From assembly GCA_030596125.1 (NCBI GenBank), contig JAUVKT010000003.1:108-64107 (forward strand): DNA of 64,000 nt, in the 5' to 3' direction. The notes beneath the pieces are model-generated. The model saw only the letters and a program-made list of their open reading frames with translations. It had not been told where the DNA came from and searched no databases. Position numbers and translations under genes: made by a program. How positions within the stretch are numbered: position 1 is the stretch's first letter; each line of letters starts with the position of its first letter. Below are positions 28,981-38,296 of the stretch, one piece after another. Source of the DNA: Bacteroidales bacterium. Its GTDB lineage: Bacteria; Bacteroidota; Bacteroidia; Bacteroidales; VadinHA17.

Positions 28981-29310
28981 ATGAAATTAAATGAGATTAT
29001 TGAGAAATTATCCCTTAAGGTACTAACCAATCTGGAAGACAAGGATATAACAGGTGTGTATATATCCGATATGCTTTCGGATGTAATGAGCAAAGCCGGA
29101 GCCGGTAATATTTGGGTTACCATTCAGTCCCATAAGAATATTATAGCTGCTGCCAACCTGATAGATATTGCAGCAATAATAATATCGCAGGGAACAGATA
29201 TTCCTGAGGAGACCATTGAACTGGCTAATCGTTATAATGTTGTTCTTCTGGGTTCTGATGATTCAACCTTTGTGTTAGGAGGTAAACTTTATCAGATTGG
29301 AATAGCATAA
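28981..29310 (+). CDS. DRTGG domain protein
   Basis: 109 aa. The pattern (ITGVYISDMLSDVM, WVTIQSH, NLIDIAAIII) is typical of the small DRTGG proteins found in hydrogenase-type operons. Confidence 0.65.
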   Translation: MKLNEIIEKLSLKVLTNLEDKDITGVYISDMLSDVMSKAGAGNIWVTIQSHKNIIAAANLIDIAAIIISQGTDIPEETIELANRYNVVLLGSDDSTFVLGGKLYQIGIA

Positions 29311-30147
29311 GTGATATCCCGGTCTATGAAGGAATCAATCCCTAATATAGTCGATATAAAGCGTATTCAGGAAACTCTTAAGGCAAAGCTCTGGGTGAAG
29401 AATACCGCTGAAGGTGAATATATAACAGGTATTTATGCCTCTGACCTGATGAGCGATGTTCTTGCGTATGGTAATTCAGGATCAGTGCTTCTGACCGGAC
29501 TGAACTCAGTTCAGGCAGTAATCTCTGCTTATATGGCAGAATTTAAAGGCATCATATTTATCAGGGGTAAAGTGCCGGAAAAGGAAACTCTGAATTTTGC
29601 TAAAGAAAAGGGCTTATTCATATTCTCAACAGAGGATGATATGTTTGAAGCCTGTGTCAAAATTGCGAATATCGAAGGAAAGGCTCCTGAAATAATTGAT
29701 GAGACTAAAACAGAAAAAAAAGCCTGGAATATCATTACTCATACCTTTTATATTGATGGTCAGGATTTTGCGAGTGCAGGGATGGTGTCAACACAAGTGA
29801 AGGCTATATTGAAATCAATTGGATATGACCCGTTATTGATCAGAAGGGCAGCTATCTCCACCTACGAAGCCGAAATGAATGTAGTGATGCATGCCAGGAA
29901 AGCTGAAGTAACTCTGACAGCAAGCGATAAAGAGATATATATAATAATCATTGATGAAGGAAAAGGTATCAAAGATATCGACCAGGCGATGCAGGTAGGA
30001 TACTCGACAGCCACAGAGGAGCAAAGAGCACTGGGTTTTGGAGCTGGTATGGGTTTGCCGAATATAAAAAAGAATGCTGATGTCCTGGAAATTGATAGCG
30101 TAGTGGATACCGGGACGAGGATGGAAATAGTTTTTTATGTAAAATGA
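29311..30147 (+). CDS. DRTGG domain plus HATPase_c (anti-sigma-factor-like Ser/Thr kinase) protein
   Basis: The N-terminal half parallels the preceding ORF. The C-terminal half has EAEMNVVMHA, DEGKGI and GFGAGMGLPN (N, G1 and G2 boxes). GTG start; the alternative ATG is at 29326. Confidence 0.65.
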   Translation: MISRSMKESIPNIVDIKRIQETLKAKLWVKNTAEGEYITGIYASDLMSDVLAYGNSGSVLLTGLNSVQAVISAYMAEFKGIIFIRGKVPEKETLNFAKEKGLFIFSTEDDMFEACVKIANIEGKAPEIIDETKTEKKAWNIITHTFYIDGQDFASAGMVSTQVKAILKSIGYDPLLIRRAAISTYEAEMNVVMHARKAEVTLTASDKEIYIIIIDEGKGIKDIDQAMQVGYSTATEEQRALGFGAGMGLPNIKKNADVLEIDSVVDTGTRMEIVFYVK

Positions 30148-31403
30148 GATATTATCATTCACATGTAATAATCCAGGAAAAGTGCACTGGCAGGCTGACA
30201 TGTATAAGAACCTGTCCAACCCAGGCTCTGCGTTATCGAAACAATTCGATCATATTCCATGATGACCTCTGTGTTGACTGCGGTGCATGTATAAATGCGT
30301 GCGAGGAGGGTGTGTTTGTTCCTATTATTGACGAGATAGCCGATTTTGAGAAATTTGAATTCAAAATTGTCATCCCATCCCATACTCTTTATACTCAGTT
30401 TGGGCTGAATGTCCATCCCGGACTGATTCATCGCGCACTGTTAAACATTGGTTTTGATGCAGTGCACGAGATTTCAAAACATGCCTATGAATTGAGTTAT
30501 GTTGTTTCGGAAAGTCTTAAATCAAACATACAGCGCAAACCAATAATAAGTAACTTCTGTCCATCACTTATAAGATTGGTACAAGTCAGTTATCCGAATC
30601 TGATTGATTTGATCTCTCCGTTTGATGTTTCGCGTGAACTGGCAGCAAAAGAGGCCAAGGTAAAATATTCCCGTGAACTCGGTCTGTCACAGGATAAAAT
30701 AGGGGTCATCTTTATCAGTCCCTGTCCGGCCATGGTGGTTTCGATAAAACAACCGGCTGAAAAAGATAAATCATGGATCGATGGTGCTATCTCAATCAAT
30801 GATATTTATAACAGCATACTCCCGGAAATCCTAAGAATCCAGGAGGAATCTTCAGAAGAGGCAGAGAATGACTTTTTCTATTATGGTAAGAGCTGGGGTG
30901 TACTTGGTTCAATTCAAAAGCATCATGATCCGGAACATACTATATCAGTGGCCGGTATAGATAATATTAAGATGATATTGGATGACATTGAAGATTCCAG
31001 ACTTCAGAATGTAGATTATATTGAAGCATTTACCTGTCCTCAGGGATGTATCAGTGGGGCTTATTGTGTGGAAAATCCTTATATCTCCAGAAACACAGCT
31101 ATTATGTTTGAAAAAAGATATGGAGATCCTCCTGAAATTGATAATAAAGAAATTCATCTCAGGATGGATAAGAATTATTATAAGTTAGACAAGAAGGTAA
31201 TACCAAGGATTACACGGTCAATGAGCGGGGACATAACCATCTCGATAAAAAGAATGAATCAAAAACAAAAGATTCTGAGGAAGCTTCCTAATAAAAACTG
31301 TGGCTTATGTGGAGCTCCGACATGCGAAACTTTTGCACAGGATTGTGCCTGGGGTGATGCTGAACTGACCGATTGTATTTTTCTGAAATCAAATTCCCAT
31401 TGA
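30144..31403 (+). CDS. [FeFe]-hydrogenase-like protein (two 4Fe-4S motifs, Fe_hyd_lg_C-like core, C-terminal putative Fe-S domain)
   Basis: CxxCxxCxxxC motif, H-cluster-like motifs FCPS / SPCPAM / FTCPQGCISG and a C-terminal CGLCGAPTCETFAQDC. ATGA overlap with the upstream gene. Confidence 0.65.
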   Translation: MRYYHSHVIIQEKCTGRLTCIRTCPTQALRYRNNSIIFHDDLCVDCGACINACEEGVFVPIIDEIADFEKFEFKIVIPSHTLYTQFGLNVHPGLIHRALLNIGFDAVHEISKHAYELSYVVSESLKSNIQRKPIISNFCPSLIRLVQVSYPNLIDLISPFDVSRELAAKEAKVKYSRELGLSQDKIGVIFISPCPAMVVSIKQPAEKDKSWIDGAISINDIYNSILPEILRIQEESSEEAENDFFYYGKSWGVLGSIQKHHDPEHTISVAGIDNIKMILDDIEDSRLQNVDYIEAFTCPQGCISGAYCVENPYISRNTAIMFEKRYGDPPEIDNKEIHLRMDKNYYKLDKKVIPRITRSMSGDITISIKRMNQKQKILRKLPNKNCGLCGAPTCETFAQDCAWGDAELTDCIFLKSNSH

Positions 31404-31415
31404 AACCAGTATTTT

Positions 31416-31874
31416 ATGAACCAACTGAACTCATCATTCACTGAAACTCTGAACAACCATTTGGTTGAAGAAGGCAGCCTGATACCACTTCTGCAAAAAG
31501 CTCAGGAACAGGATGGATACATCTCACCGGAAAAAGTCGCACAAATTTCAGAGTATCTGAAAATGACCGAAAGCCAGGTCTATGGTGTAGCCTCTTTTTA
31601 TTCTCAGTTCCGGTTTACTCCACCAGGCGAACATTCAATAAGTGTTTGTCTTGGAACAGCATGCCATGTAAACGGAGGCGAAACCTTGCTTAATACCATA
31701 GGAAGAGATCTGGATGTAAGACCGGGAGAATCAACTTCTGACAAGAAGTTTGATCTGAAAAGGGTTGCCTGTCTGGGATGCTGTGCCCTGGCTCCGGTTG
31801 TAAAGATCGATGATGATATTTACAGCAAGGTGAATGTCGTTAAACTTAAAGAGATTATAAGCAATTATGAGTAA
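31416..31874 (+). CDS. NuoE/HydC-like [2Fe-2S] subunit
   Basis: 152 aa with CLGTACHV...CLGCCALAP, the thioredoxin-like ferredoxin motif. Confidence 0.85.
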   Translation: MNQLNSSFTETLNNHLVEEGSLIPLLQKAQEQDGYISPEKVAQISEYLKMTESQVYGVASFYSQFRFTPPGEHSISVCLGTACHVNGGETLLNTIGRDLDVRPGESTSDKKFDLKRVACLGCCALAPVVKIDDDIYSKVNVVKLKEIISNYE

Positions 31875-33741
31875 TATAGATACTATCCGGAAGAAAAGTG
31901 TCGCTGAATGGAAGGATCTAAACCAACCTGAAGAGCCCGTTATATTTCTCGGTATGGCCTCCTGTGGTAAAGCTGCCGGTGCTGATAAGGTTAAAAAGGC
32001 AATACAGGAAGCACTTAAGAAGCATAAGATAAAAGCCAGGTTGATCGAGGTCGGATGTATTGGGACCTGTTACCTTGAACCAATTGTCGATATTGTTGCT
32101 TACGGGCAACCACGAATCTCTTATGGTAACGTTGACGAAAAAAGAGCCGAATTTATAGTACGGAAGCATCTTGTGGAAAAAGACCTCTCCAAAACACATC
32201 CACTTGGTCATCTGGGCGTGGAATCATTTAATGGAATTCCTCACCTATTTGAGCATCCAATGCTTAAATCGCAGGTCAGGATTGTTACAAAGAATTGCGG
32301 ACTAATAGATCCGGGTAGTATTAATCATTACCTGGCCAATGATGGGTATTCCGGATTTTCAAAAGCCTTGAAGAAAAGACCTGAGGAAGTGATCGAAGAG
32401 ATCAGCCATGCAGGATTAAGGGGGAGGGGAGGTGCTGGATTTCTCACTGGTCGCAAGTGGAAGACATGTCATGATACTAAGTCAGATGTAAAATACCTGG
32501 TATGCAATGCCGATGAAGGTGATCCCGGAGCATTTATGAACCGGCTTCTAATCGAGAGCGATCCCCATGCCCTGCTTGAAGGTATGCTTATCGCTGCCTA
32601 CGCAATAGGTGCTACACTGGGATATATTTACATACGTGCTGAATATCCGCTTGCAATATTAAGATTGCAGAATGCGCTGAAACAGGTAACAGATATTGGT
32701 TTGCTTGGAAAAAAGATATTGGGATCAGAGTTTTCATTCTCAATTAAGATTAAAGAGGGTGCCGGTGCCTTTGTTTGCGGGGAAGAAACGGCATTGATAC
32801 ATTCAATTGAAGGTAAGAGGGGGATGCCAAGAACCAGGCCTCCCTTCCCGGCTCAGAAGGGATTATATCAGAAACCAACTGTGATAAATAACGTTGAAAC
32901 CCTGGGTACTGTGCCTCATATACTTAGAAATGGTTCTGAGTGGTACCGTCAGTTTGGGGTGGAAGGGAACTTTGGCACAAAAACATTCTCTCTTGTCGGG
33001 AAAATAAGAAGATCAGGATTAATTGAAGTTCCTCTTGGGACTCCATTACGAAAGATCATATTCGATATAGGAGGAGGTACACAGAAACCATTTAAAGCAG
33101 TACAGACGGGGGGACCATCCGGCGGTTGTATCCCTTTGGAATTGCTTGATACACCTGTGACTTACGAAACTCTGGCAAATATTGGGTCAATAATGGGCTC
33201 AGGCGGATTGATCGTTTTGGATGATGATACCTGTGTTGTTGATCTTGCAAGATATTTCCTCGATTTCATACAGCAGGAATCATGTGGAAAGTGTACGCCA
33301 TGTCGTGTAGGTACCCGCCACATGGTTGAAATGCTTGAGACGATCTGTCATGGTGAAGCTTCACCGGATATACTGGACAAACTGGAGTCGATGGCAAAGC
33401 TCGTGCAATCCACATCATTATGTGGTTTGGGCCAGACGGCGCCTAATTCAGTACTTACAACCTTAAAGTACTTCCGTCCTGAATATGTTAAGCATGTAAA
33501 TGAATACTATTGTCCTGCTCTTGTATGTAGCGATTTGATTGAATATTCGATTGTTGAGGAAAATTGTACCGGGTGTCAGCGCTGTGTGAGTGTTTGTCCT
33601 ACCGGAGCTATTACAGGACCAAGGTCAGAGCCTCATAATCTTGATATTTCCAAATGTATCAAATGCCGTGCTTGTTATGATGTATGTCGTTTTGATGCTA
33701 TTGCAGGTAATGCTATTGTAATTACATCGGGAAAAGAATAA
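31867..33741 (+). CDS. NuoF/HydB-like flavoprotein subunit (NADH/FMN binding, several Fe-S clusters)
   Basis: GRGGAGFLTGRKWK, ESCGKCTPCRVG, two C-terminal 4Fe-4S ferredoxin motifs and an N-terminal thioredoxin-like domain. It overlaps nuoE-like by 8 nt. Confidence 0.85.
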   Translation: MSNIDTIRKKSVAEWKDLNQPEEPVIFLGMASCGKAAGADKVKKAIQEALKKHKIKARLIEVGCIGTCYLEPIVDIVAYGQPRISYGNVDEKRAEFIVRKHLVEKDLSKTHPLGHLGVESFNGIPHLFEHPMLKSQVRIVTKNCGLIDPGSINHYLANDGYSGFSKALKKRPEEVIEEISHAGLRGRGGAGFLTGRKWKTCHDTKSDVKYLVCNADEGDPGAFMNRLLIESDPHALLEGMLIAAYAIGATLGYIYIRAEYPLAILRLQNALKQVTDIGLLGKKILGSEFSFSIKIKEGAGAFVCGEETALIHSIEGKRGMPRTRPPFPAQKGLYQKPTVINNVETLGTVPHILRNGSEWYRQFGVEGNFGTKTFSLVGKIRRSGLIEVPLGTPLRKIIFDIGGGTQKPFKAVQTGGPSGGCIPLELLDTPVTYETLANIGSIMGSGGLIVLDDDTCVVDLARYFLDFIQQESCGKCTPCRVGTRHMVEMLETICHGEASPDILDKLESMAKLVQSTSLCGLGQTAPNSVLTTLKYFRPEYVKHVNEYYCPALVCSDLIEYSIVEENCTGCQRCVSVCPTGAITGPRSEPHNLDISKCIKCRACYDVCRFDAIAGNAIVITSGKE

Positions 33742-36068
33742 TGGAGATAATAATAAACAATAAGACCATCGAGGTCAACAGAGAATTGACAGTTCTTGAG
33801 GCTGCAGAAGAAAATGGGATATACATCCCAAAAATGTGTGCCCATCCTGAACTTGTCCCATATGGAGGTTGTCGTCTCTGCATAGTGGAAATTGAAGGAA
33901 GAAAAGGATATCCAACTTCATGTACAACCCTTGTTGAGGATGGGATGATAGTTCGTACTGACTCAAATATCCTTCAGGAGATGCGTATCAATCTGGTACA
34001 GTTGATTCTAAGTGAACATCCTTCTGCATGCCTGTTATGTGAGGATATTGACGGATGCTCGCTATTCCAGGAAACAATACGTAAGGTTGGAGTTACAACA
34101 GGTTGCAGGTGGTGTCCGAAAGATAAGGATTGTGAGTTGCAGAGAGTGGTGGAGTCCTTCGGTATCAGTGAGCTTTCTCTCCCCGGATTATACAGGGATC
34201 TTCCTGTTGAAAAATATGACCCATTCTTTGATAGGGACTACAATCTGTGCATATACTGTGGACGCTGTGTGCGAATTTGCGATGAATATCGTAAAAGCTC
34301 CGTTCTTGCTCTGAGGCAGAGAGGAAAACATACTACCATAGGGCCATCCTTTGATGACAATCATACTGACGCCGGTTGTGAATATTGCGGTGCATGTGTC
34401 TCAGTATGCCCTACCGGAGCAATGTCAGAGAAGAGCAGAAAATGGTGGGGGAATCCTGATACCTATACTTCATCTGTTTGTCCGCTGTGCAGCATAAATT
34501 GCGAGATACAGGTACTTAGCCTGCACAATAAGATAGTTGGTACTATTCCACCTGGAAATCCTCATGAGACAGCTGGAGAGTTATGTGTTAAAGGACGGTT
34601 TTGCCTGAGTGAGATAGTAAACCGTACTGAGAGAATACTTGAACCACAGTTCCGCTATCCTGAAGGCTATGGAATTGTTCAATGGGATGAAGCTATTGCA
34701 AAGGGAAGTGAACTGCTTAATGCCACTCTTCCAGGGAGGTCTGCAGTTTTTCTTTCACCTGATCTTTCATTGGAGGAGTATCAGGCTGCTAAGATTTTTT
34801 CAGAAAAAGTACTGAAAACGGATGAAATTACATCATCCCGTTTAGACAGTAAACAGATCGCCTGTACAAAGCTGGCTTTTGACTCAGTTCCTCTCGAAAA
34901 GGTCAAAAAGGCTGACCTGATTATCTCCTTTTTCCTCAATGGTAATTACAATTATGGCCCCTTGACTATGGCTGTTAAAGAGGCTGCTTCATCAAATATA
35001 CCATATTATCAGATTGGTTGGATAAAAGACACAACATCAAGATTTGCCAGACATAATATCATTCCGGCGCCGGGAGATGAAGTGAAGATTCTTGACAAGA
35101 TTATTGAATGTCTTGAAAATGGGACCTGTGATAATGATGTGATCAGGGAACTGTCAGATCAATTAAGGGAAATTGGCAATACGGTGTTAATAGTTGGACC
35201 GTGGATACTCTCATTAACCAATTTTACCATAATTCTTGACAGGATCAGGAAGATAATAAGCATTACAGGGTCAAAGCTGTATATGCCTGATCCTTATGGA
35301 AATCTCAAAGGTATGCTGGCATCTGTTGCTCTGAAACCGCTTGAGTCAGTTATTGAAAAGATCAACAGGGGTGAAATAGATCTGATGTATCTTATTGGAG
35401 ATATTCCGATTTCAGCAAGAAAAAAGGTTAAACATGTTTTTTACCAGAGTGCTTTCCCTGCACCGGAAGACCTTATTCCGGATGTGATCCTCCCATCAAC
35501 TCTATGGGGCGAAAGAGGTGGTACATGGGCTGGTAAAAATGGCAGCACTGTTATGCTAAAGCAGGTCGCAAAAGCGCATGATTATGCACTTTCTCATATA
35601 GAAATATTTACCCGTTTTGCTTCTGCATCTAAGGTGAAAGGTGCCAATGCTGCTATTAAAAGTAAATCAGGAAAAGTCCCGGTAAAATTGAAACCAAAAA
35701 TGCCCGATGAGTTTGCATTAGCTTCAGTCCGGACTACCCTGGTGTCTCCCGGAAAAAAATTACCATTTGTAATAGTACAGGAAAAGTCACCGCATGTCTA
35801 TATGAATCTGGATTTAAGTATTGGGATAGATGGTTTTAGTGAACTGGTTAAGCCTGGTCATGTGCAGATAAATGTATCAGATGCAAAAGAGATGGAAATA
35901 AAAGATGGTGATTCTGTTCATATCTCGAATGCCAGAACAGAAAAGACTTACCAGGTGGTGGCAAGAAAGAACATTCACAGGGGTGTAGCCTACCTTACCA
36001 TCCTGAATGAGCGGAGTGATTTCAAATGTAATCCATGTTACGTAAATATAAGGAGAGCTGATGTTTAA
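33741..36068 (+). CDS. NuoG/FdhA-like subunit (2Fe-2S, His-ligated 4Fe-4S, 2x4Fe-4S, short molybdopterin-oxidoreductase-like domain)
   Basis: N-terminal CRLC..C ferredoxin, HPSACLLCEDIDGC, two CxxCxxCxxxCP motifs, the MopB cluster motif CPLCSINC...CVKGRF and a C-terminal beta-barrel-like tail. The start overlaps the upstream stop (TAATG). Confidence 0.7.
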   Translation: MEIIINNKTIEVNRELTVLEAAEENGIYIPKMCAHPELVPYGGCRLCIVEIEGRKGYPTSCTTLVEDGMIVRTDSNILQEMRINLVQLILSEHPSACLLCEDIDGCSLFQETIRKVGVTTGCRWCPKDKDCELQRVVESFGISELSLPGLYRDLPVEKYDPFFDRDYNLCIYCGRCVRICDEYRKSSVLALRQRGKHTTIGPSFDDNHTDAGCEYCGACVSVCPTGAMSEKSRKWWGNPDTYTSSVCPLCSINCEIQVLSLHNKIVGTIPPGNPHETAGELCVKGRFCLSEIVNRTERILEPQFRYPEGYGIVQWDEAIAKGSELLNATLPGRSAVFLSPDLSLEEYQAAKIFSEKVLKTDEITSSRLDSKQIACTKLAFDSVPLEKVKKADLIISFFLNGNYNYGPLTMAVKEAASSNIPYYQIGWIKDTTSRFARHNIIPAPGDEVKILDKIIECLENGTCDNDVIRELSDQLREIGNTVLIVGPWILSLTNFTIILDRIRKIISITGSKLYMPDPYGNLKGMLASVALKPLESVIEKINRGEIDLMYLIGDIPISARKKVKHVFYQSAFPAPEDLIPDVILPSTLWGERGGTWAGKNGSTVMLKQVAKAHDYALSHIEIFTRFASASKVKGANAAIKSKSGKVPVKLKPKMPDEFALASVRTTLVSPGKKLPFVIVQEKSPHVYMNLDLSIGIDGFSELVKPGHVQINVSDAKEMEIKDGDSVHISNARTEKTYQVVARKNIHRGVAYLTILNERSDFKCNPCYVNIRRADV

Positions 36069-36891
36069 AATAATCGAAAGAAAATCGATAGTCCCCAACC
36101 TCCATCTGCTGGTGGTTCACGCCCCCGACGTAGTTGAAACGATACAACCGGGTCAGTTTGTAATTATTCATTGCGGTGAAGGATCGGAACGGATACCACT
36201 CACAGCAGCTGACTGGGACAGGGAAGAAGGGACCCTGTCAATTGTATTCATGGAGGTAGGAACCTCAACAGGAAAGCTGGCTATGTTGCAGCCAGGTGAT
36301 GAAATCCCGACAGTTGTAGGTCCGCTTGGAGTGCCTATAGAGATTGAAAAATTTGGTGTGGTTGTTTGTATTGGTGGTTGCTTTGGACTGGGTTCAATCT
36401 TTCCGGTTGTGAGGGCTTTGAAAGAAAAGGGGAATGAAGTGATAACTATGCTGGAAGGCAGAAGTAAAAATCTTTTATACTGGGAGGAAAAACTGTCAAA
36501 GTACAGTGATAAGGTAATAAAACTTACACGGGACGGCAGTTATGGCTATAAGGGTCATGTAAAAAAAGGATCTGAGTTACTGCGGGAACTGGGAATAAAA
36601 CCCGACAGGGTGATAGCTAACGGGTGTACTACACTTTCATACCTCGCTTCAAGGGACTATGCACACTTCGATGTACCTGTGATTGTTACCCTCAATACTA
36701 TTATGATTGATGGAACAGGCATGTGCGGTGTTTGTCGTTGTACTGTTGATGGCAAGATGAAATTTGCCTGCGTCGATGGTCCAAGCTTCGATGGCAGGCT
36801 TGTCGATTGGGAAGAGCTGGCTGCAAGAAGAAAACAGTACATATCAGAAGAAGCATTTCTTGTTCACCATTCAGGATGTGGAGGATTTTAA
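36061..36891 (+). CDS. NfnA-like subunit (PyrK/sulfide dehydrogenase beta family, FAD/NAD-binding, C-terminal 2Fe-2S)
   Basis: 276 aa with a ferredoxin-reductase fold and CGVCRCTVDGKMKFACVDGP. It overlaps the upstream gene by 8 nt. Confidence 0.75.
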   Translation: MFKIIERKSIVPNLHLLVVHAPDVVETIQPGQFVIIHCGEGSERIPLTAADWDREEGTLSIVFMEVGTSTGKLAMLQPGDEIPTVVGPLGVPIEIEKFGVVVCIGGCFGLGSIFPVVRALKEKGNEVITMLEGRSKNLLYWEEKLSKYSDKVIKLTRDGSYGYKGHVKKGSELLRELGIKPDRVIANGCTTLSYLASRDYAHFDVPVIVTLNTIMIDGTGMCGVCRCTVDGKMKFACVDGPSFDGRLVDWEELAARRKQYISEEAFLVHHSGCGGF

Positions 36892-36892
36892 A

Positions 36893-38296
36893 ATGGCAGG
36901 AAAGAAAAAACTCAACCTAAACAGGGTGGATATGCCCAAGCAGGCAGATTTCATCCGTAAACGTAATTTTAAAGAGGTCGCCCTTGGATACAGTGCTGAA
37001 GATGCAATTGAGGAGGCGGGCAGGTGTCTTGACTGTAAAAAACCTTTTTGTGTTGATGGATGCCCGGTTGAAATAGATATCCCGGGTTTTATCAGAGCAA
37101 TAGCAGAAGAGGATTTTGCCCTTGCAATAAAAATATTAAAAGAAAAGAATTGTCTTCCAGCAGTCTGCGGGAGGGTTTGTCCCCAGGAAGAGCAATGTGA
37201 AATAAAATGTATTCTTGAAAAGAAAGGTGCTCCGATAGCCATTGGACGTCTCGAACGGTTTGCTGCAGAGTGGGAATCACAACAGGACAGTATTGAAATG
37301 CCTGTGATTGATGATAAAACAGGCAAAAAAGTTGCTGTTATTGGTTCTGGACCTGCCGGGATAACTGTGGCAGGGGATCTGATATTACAGGGACATGATG
37401 TAACAATGTATGAAGCCCTTCATGAGCCCGGTGGTGTACTTACTTATGGGATACCTGAATTCCGTTTACCGGCAAGTGTGGTTACACGGGAAATAGAATA
37501 CCTGCAAAAATTGGGGGTCAAACTTATATGCAATTTTGTTGTAGGTAAAACAAGATCATTAAAGAAGATACTTGATGAGTACGATGCAGTTTTTGTTGGC
37601 ACCGGAGCCGGACTCCCATGGTTTATGAATATACCGGGAGAAAACTTGAATGGAGTATATTCTGCCAATGAGTATCTGACACGTGTTAACCTTATGCGTG
37701 GTTTTCAGTATCCAAAAACCTATACCCCCGTTGTAAGACATAAAAAAGTGGCTGTAGTTGGCGGTGGTAATGTGGCAATGGATTGCGCCAGAACGGCTCT
37801 CAGGCTTGGTGCAGAAGAGGCTGTAATTGTTTATCGCAGATCAGAGACCGAACTTCCTGCTCGTGAAGAGGAGTACGAGAATGCTGATGAGGAAGGAGTT
37901 AAATTCAGTTTCTTAACACTGCCTGAAAAACTTTACGGGGATAAAAATGGTTGGCTTAAAGAGATAGAATGTTCAAAGATGGAACTGGGTGAACCTGACG
38001 CATCAGGAAGACGGAGACCAATAAGAATTGATGGTTCAGAATTCAGGATGAAGATGGATGCCTGTATTGTTGCCATTGGAAACAGTCCAAACCCGATTAT
38101 CCCTCAGACTACCCCTGAACTTGCGGTATCAAAATGGGGAACTATTGAGGTGGATGAGGAGTCCTTTAAGACGACTATCGATAGGGTATGGGCAGGTGGT
38201 GATATTGTATCGGGAGCTGCAACTGTGATCCTGGCTATGGGAGCTGGCCGGAAAGCTGCACGGTCTATGCATGAATATCTTAGCAGCCTGACTTAA
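36893..38296 (+). CDS. NfnB-like subunit (GltD/SudA family NADPH-dependent oxidoreductase)
   Basis: CLDCKKPFCVDGCP, CGRVCPQEEQCE, IGSGPAGITVAG and VVGGGNVAMDCA. Start trimmed to MAGKKK, 2 nt after the nfnA-like stop. Confidence 0.8.
   Translation: MAGKKKLNLNRVDMPKQADFIRKRNFKEVALGYSAEDAIEEAGRCLDCKKPFCVDGCPVEIDIPGFIRAIAEEDFALAIKILKEKNCLPAVCGRVCPQEEQCEIKCILEKKGAPIAIGRLERFAAEWESQQDSIEMPVIDDKTGKKVAVIGSGPAGITVAGDLILQGHDVTMYEALHEPGGVLTYGIPEFRLPASVVTREIEYLQKLGVKLICNFVVGKTRSLKKILDEYDAVFVGTGAGLPWFMNIPGENLNGVYSANEYLTRVNLMRGFQYPKTYTPVVRHKKVAVVGGGNVAMDCARTALRLGAEEAVIVYRRSETELPAREEEYENADEEGVKFSFLTLPEKLYGDKNGWLKEIECSKMELGEPDASGRRRPIRIDGSEFRMKMDACIVAIGNSPNPIIPQTTPELAVSKWGTIEVDEESFKTTIDRVWAGGDIVSGAATVILAMGAGRKAARSMHEYLSSLT

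Noticed and set aside
33741-36068. Selenocysteine- or cysteine-dependent formate dehydrogenase catalytic subunit
   Set aside because: There is no in-frame TGA, I could locate no Cys/Sec-His active-site motif, and the MopB region is shortened. It is called NuoG-like instead, pending a proper alignment.
36764-36892. N-terminal ORF extensions in the six-frame track. Listed starts are 36764, 20132, 41127, 43967, 47058, 48276, 59670, 61104, 62415, 19103, 5849, 5220 and 39443.
   Set aside because: The extensions overlap the upstream gene, run through repeat arrays or the MITE, or begin at non-ATG codons. Internal ATG/GTG starts give canonical N-termini and tight operon spacing.
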